The position numbers and the translations under genes were made by a program. A model generated the notes under the pieces. That model did no database searches, was not told the DNA's origin, and saw only the letters and a list, made by a program, of their open reading frames with translations. Shown here piece after piece: positions 19,173-19,283 of a stretch of 19,283 nucleotides of DNA; position 1 is the stretch's first letter, and the number at the start of each line of letters is the position of its first letter. Source of the stretch: Candidatus Rokuibacteriota bacterium (lineage in GTDB: Bacteria; Methylomirabilota; Methylomirabilia; Rokubacteriales; DASRDR01); assembly GCA_044866005.1 (NCBI GenBank), contig JBIOTN010000218.1, forward strand, positions 1 through 19,283. The letters run 5' to 3'.

Positions 19173-19236
19173 GCCGACCGCGCCGCAGCGACAATCCCGT
19201 CCGGTATCCGGCAGCGAGGTGTATTCGCGTCCTGGG

Positions 19237-19274
19237 GGGAGGCAGGCCCGATGCCTTCGCCGGAGGGCCGGCGG
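19237..19274. repeat. Intergenic motif, copy 2 (shared with 15371-15434)
   Basis: GGGAGGCAGGCCCGA (19237-19251), TGC, CTTC, then GGAGGGCCGGCGG (19262-19274). May extend past the window edge. Confidence 0.6.
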
Positions 19275-19283
19275 AGCTTCCGC

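Noticed and set aside
19173..19283. Possible tRNA, riboswitch or CDS end at the right edge
   Set aside because: No cloverleaf, T-loop or riboswitch consensus recognised, and the region is truncated. Only the shared motif is reported.

Overview
Very GC-rich bacterial chromosomal segment. All 12 credible protein genes lie on the minus strand. In transcription order (right to left): a pair of secreted M16 zinc peptidases (one catalytic, one non-catalytic), a rhomboid protease, a sugar-phosphate nucleotidyltransferase fused to a degenerate phosphohexomutase-like domain, an intact phosphohexomutase, tlyA, NAD kinase, recN, a cold-shock protein, secA, a CPBP/Abi membrane protease and smc. This is mostly core housekeeping DNA. 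I see no transposase, integrase, CRISPR array, tRNA or rRNA, and no convincing new multi-gene system. The long plus-strand ORFs are antisense shadows. The least-explained signals are non-coding. Two related palindromic elements flank the rhomboid gene in opposite orientations. A second motif recurs in two intergenic regions 3.9 kb apart with a variable hairpin insert. secA and smc have promoter-like boxes implying near-leaderless mRNAs. At protein level, the two M16 subunits have complementary motif losses, and a pseudo-mutase fusion sits next to an active mutase. GC content and repeat style suggest Candidatus Rokubacteria/Methylomirabilota, but that is unverified inference.
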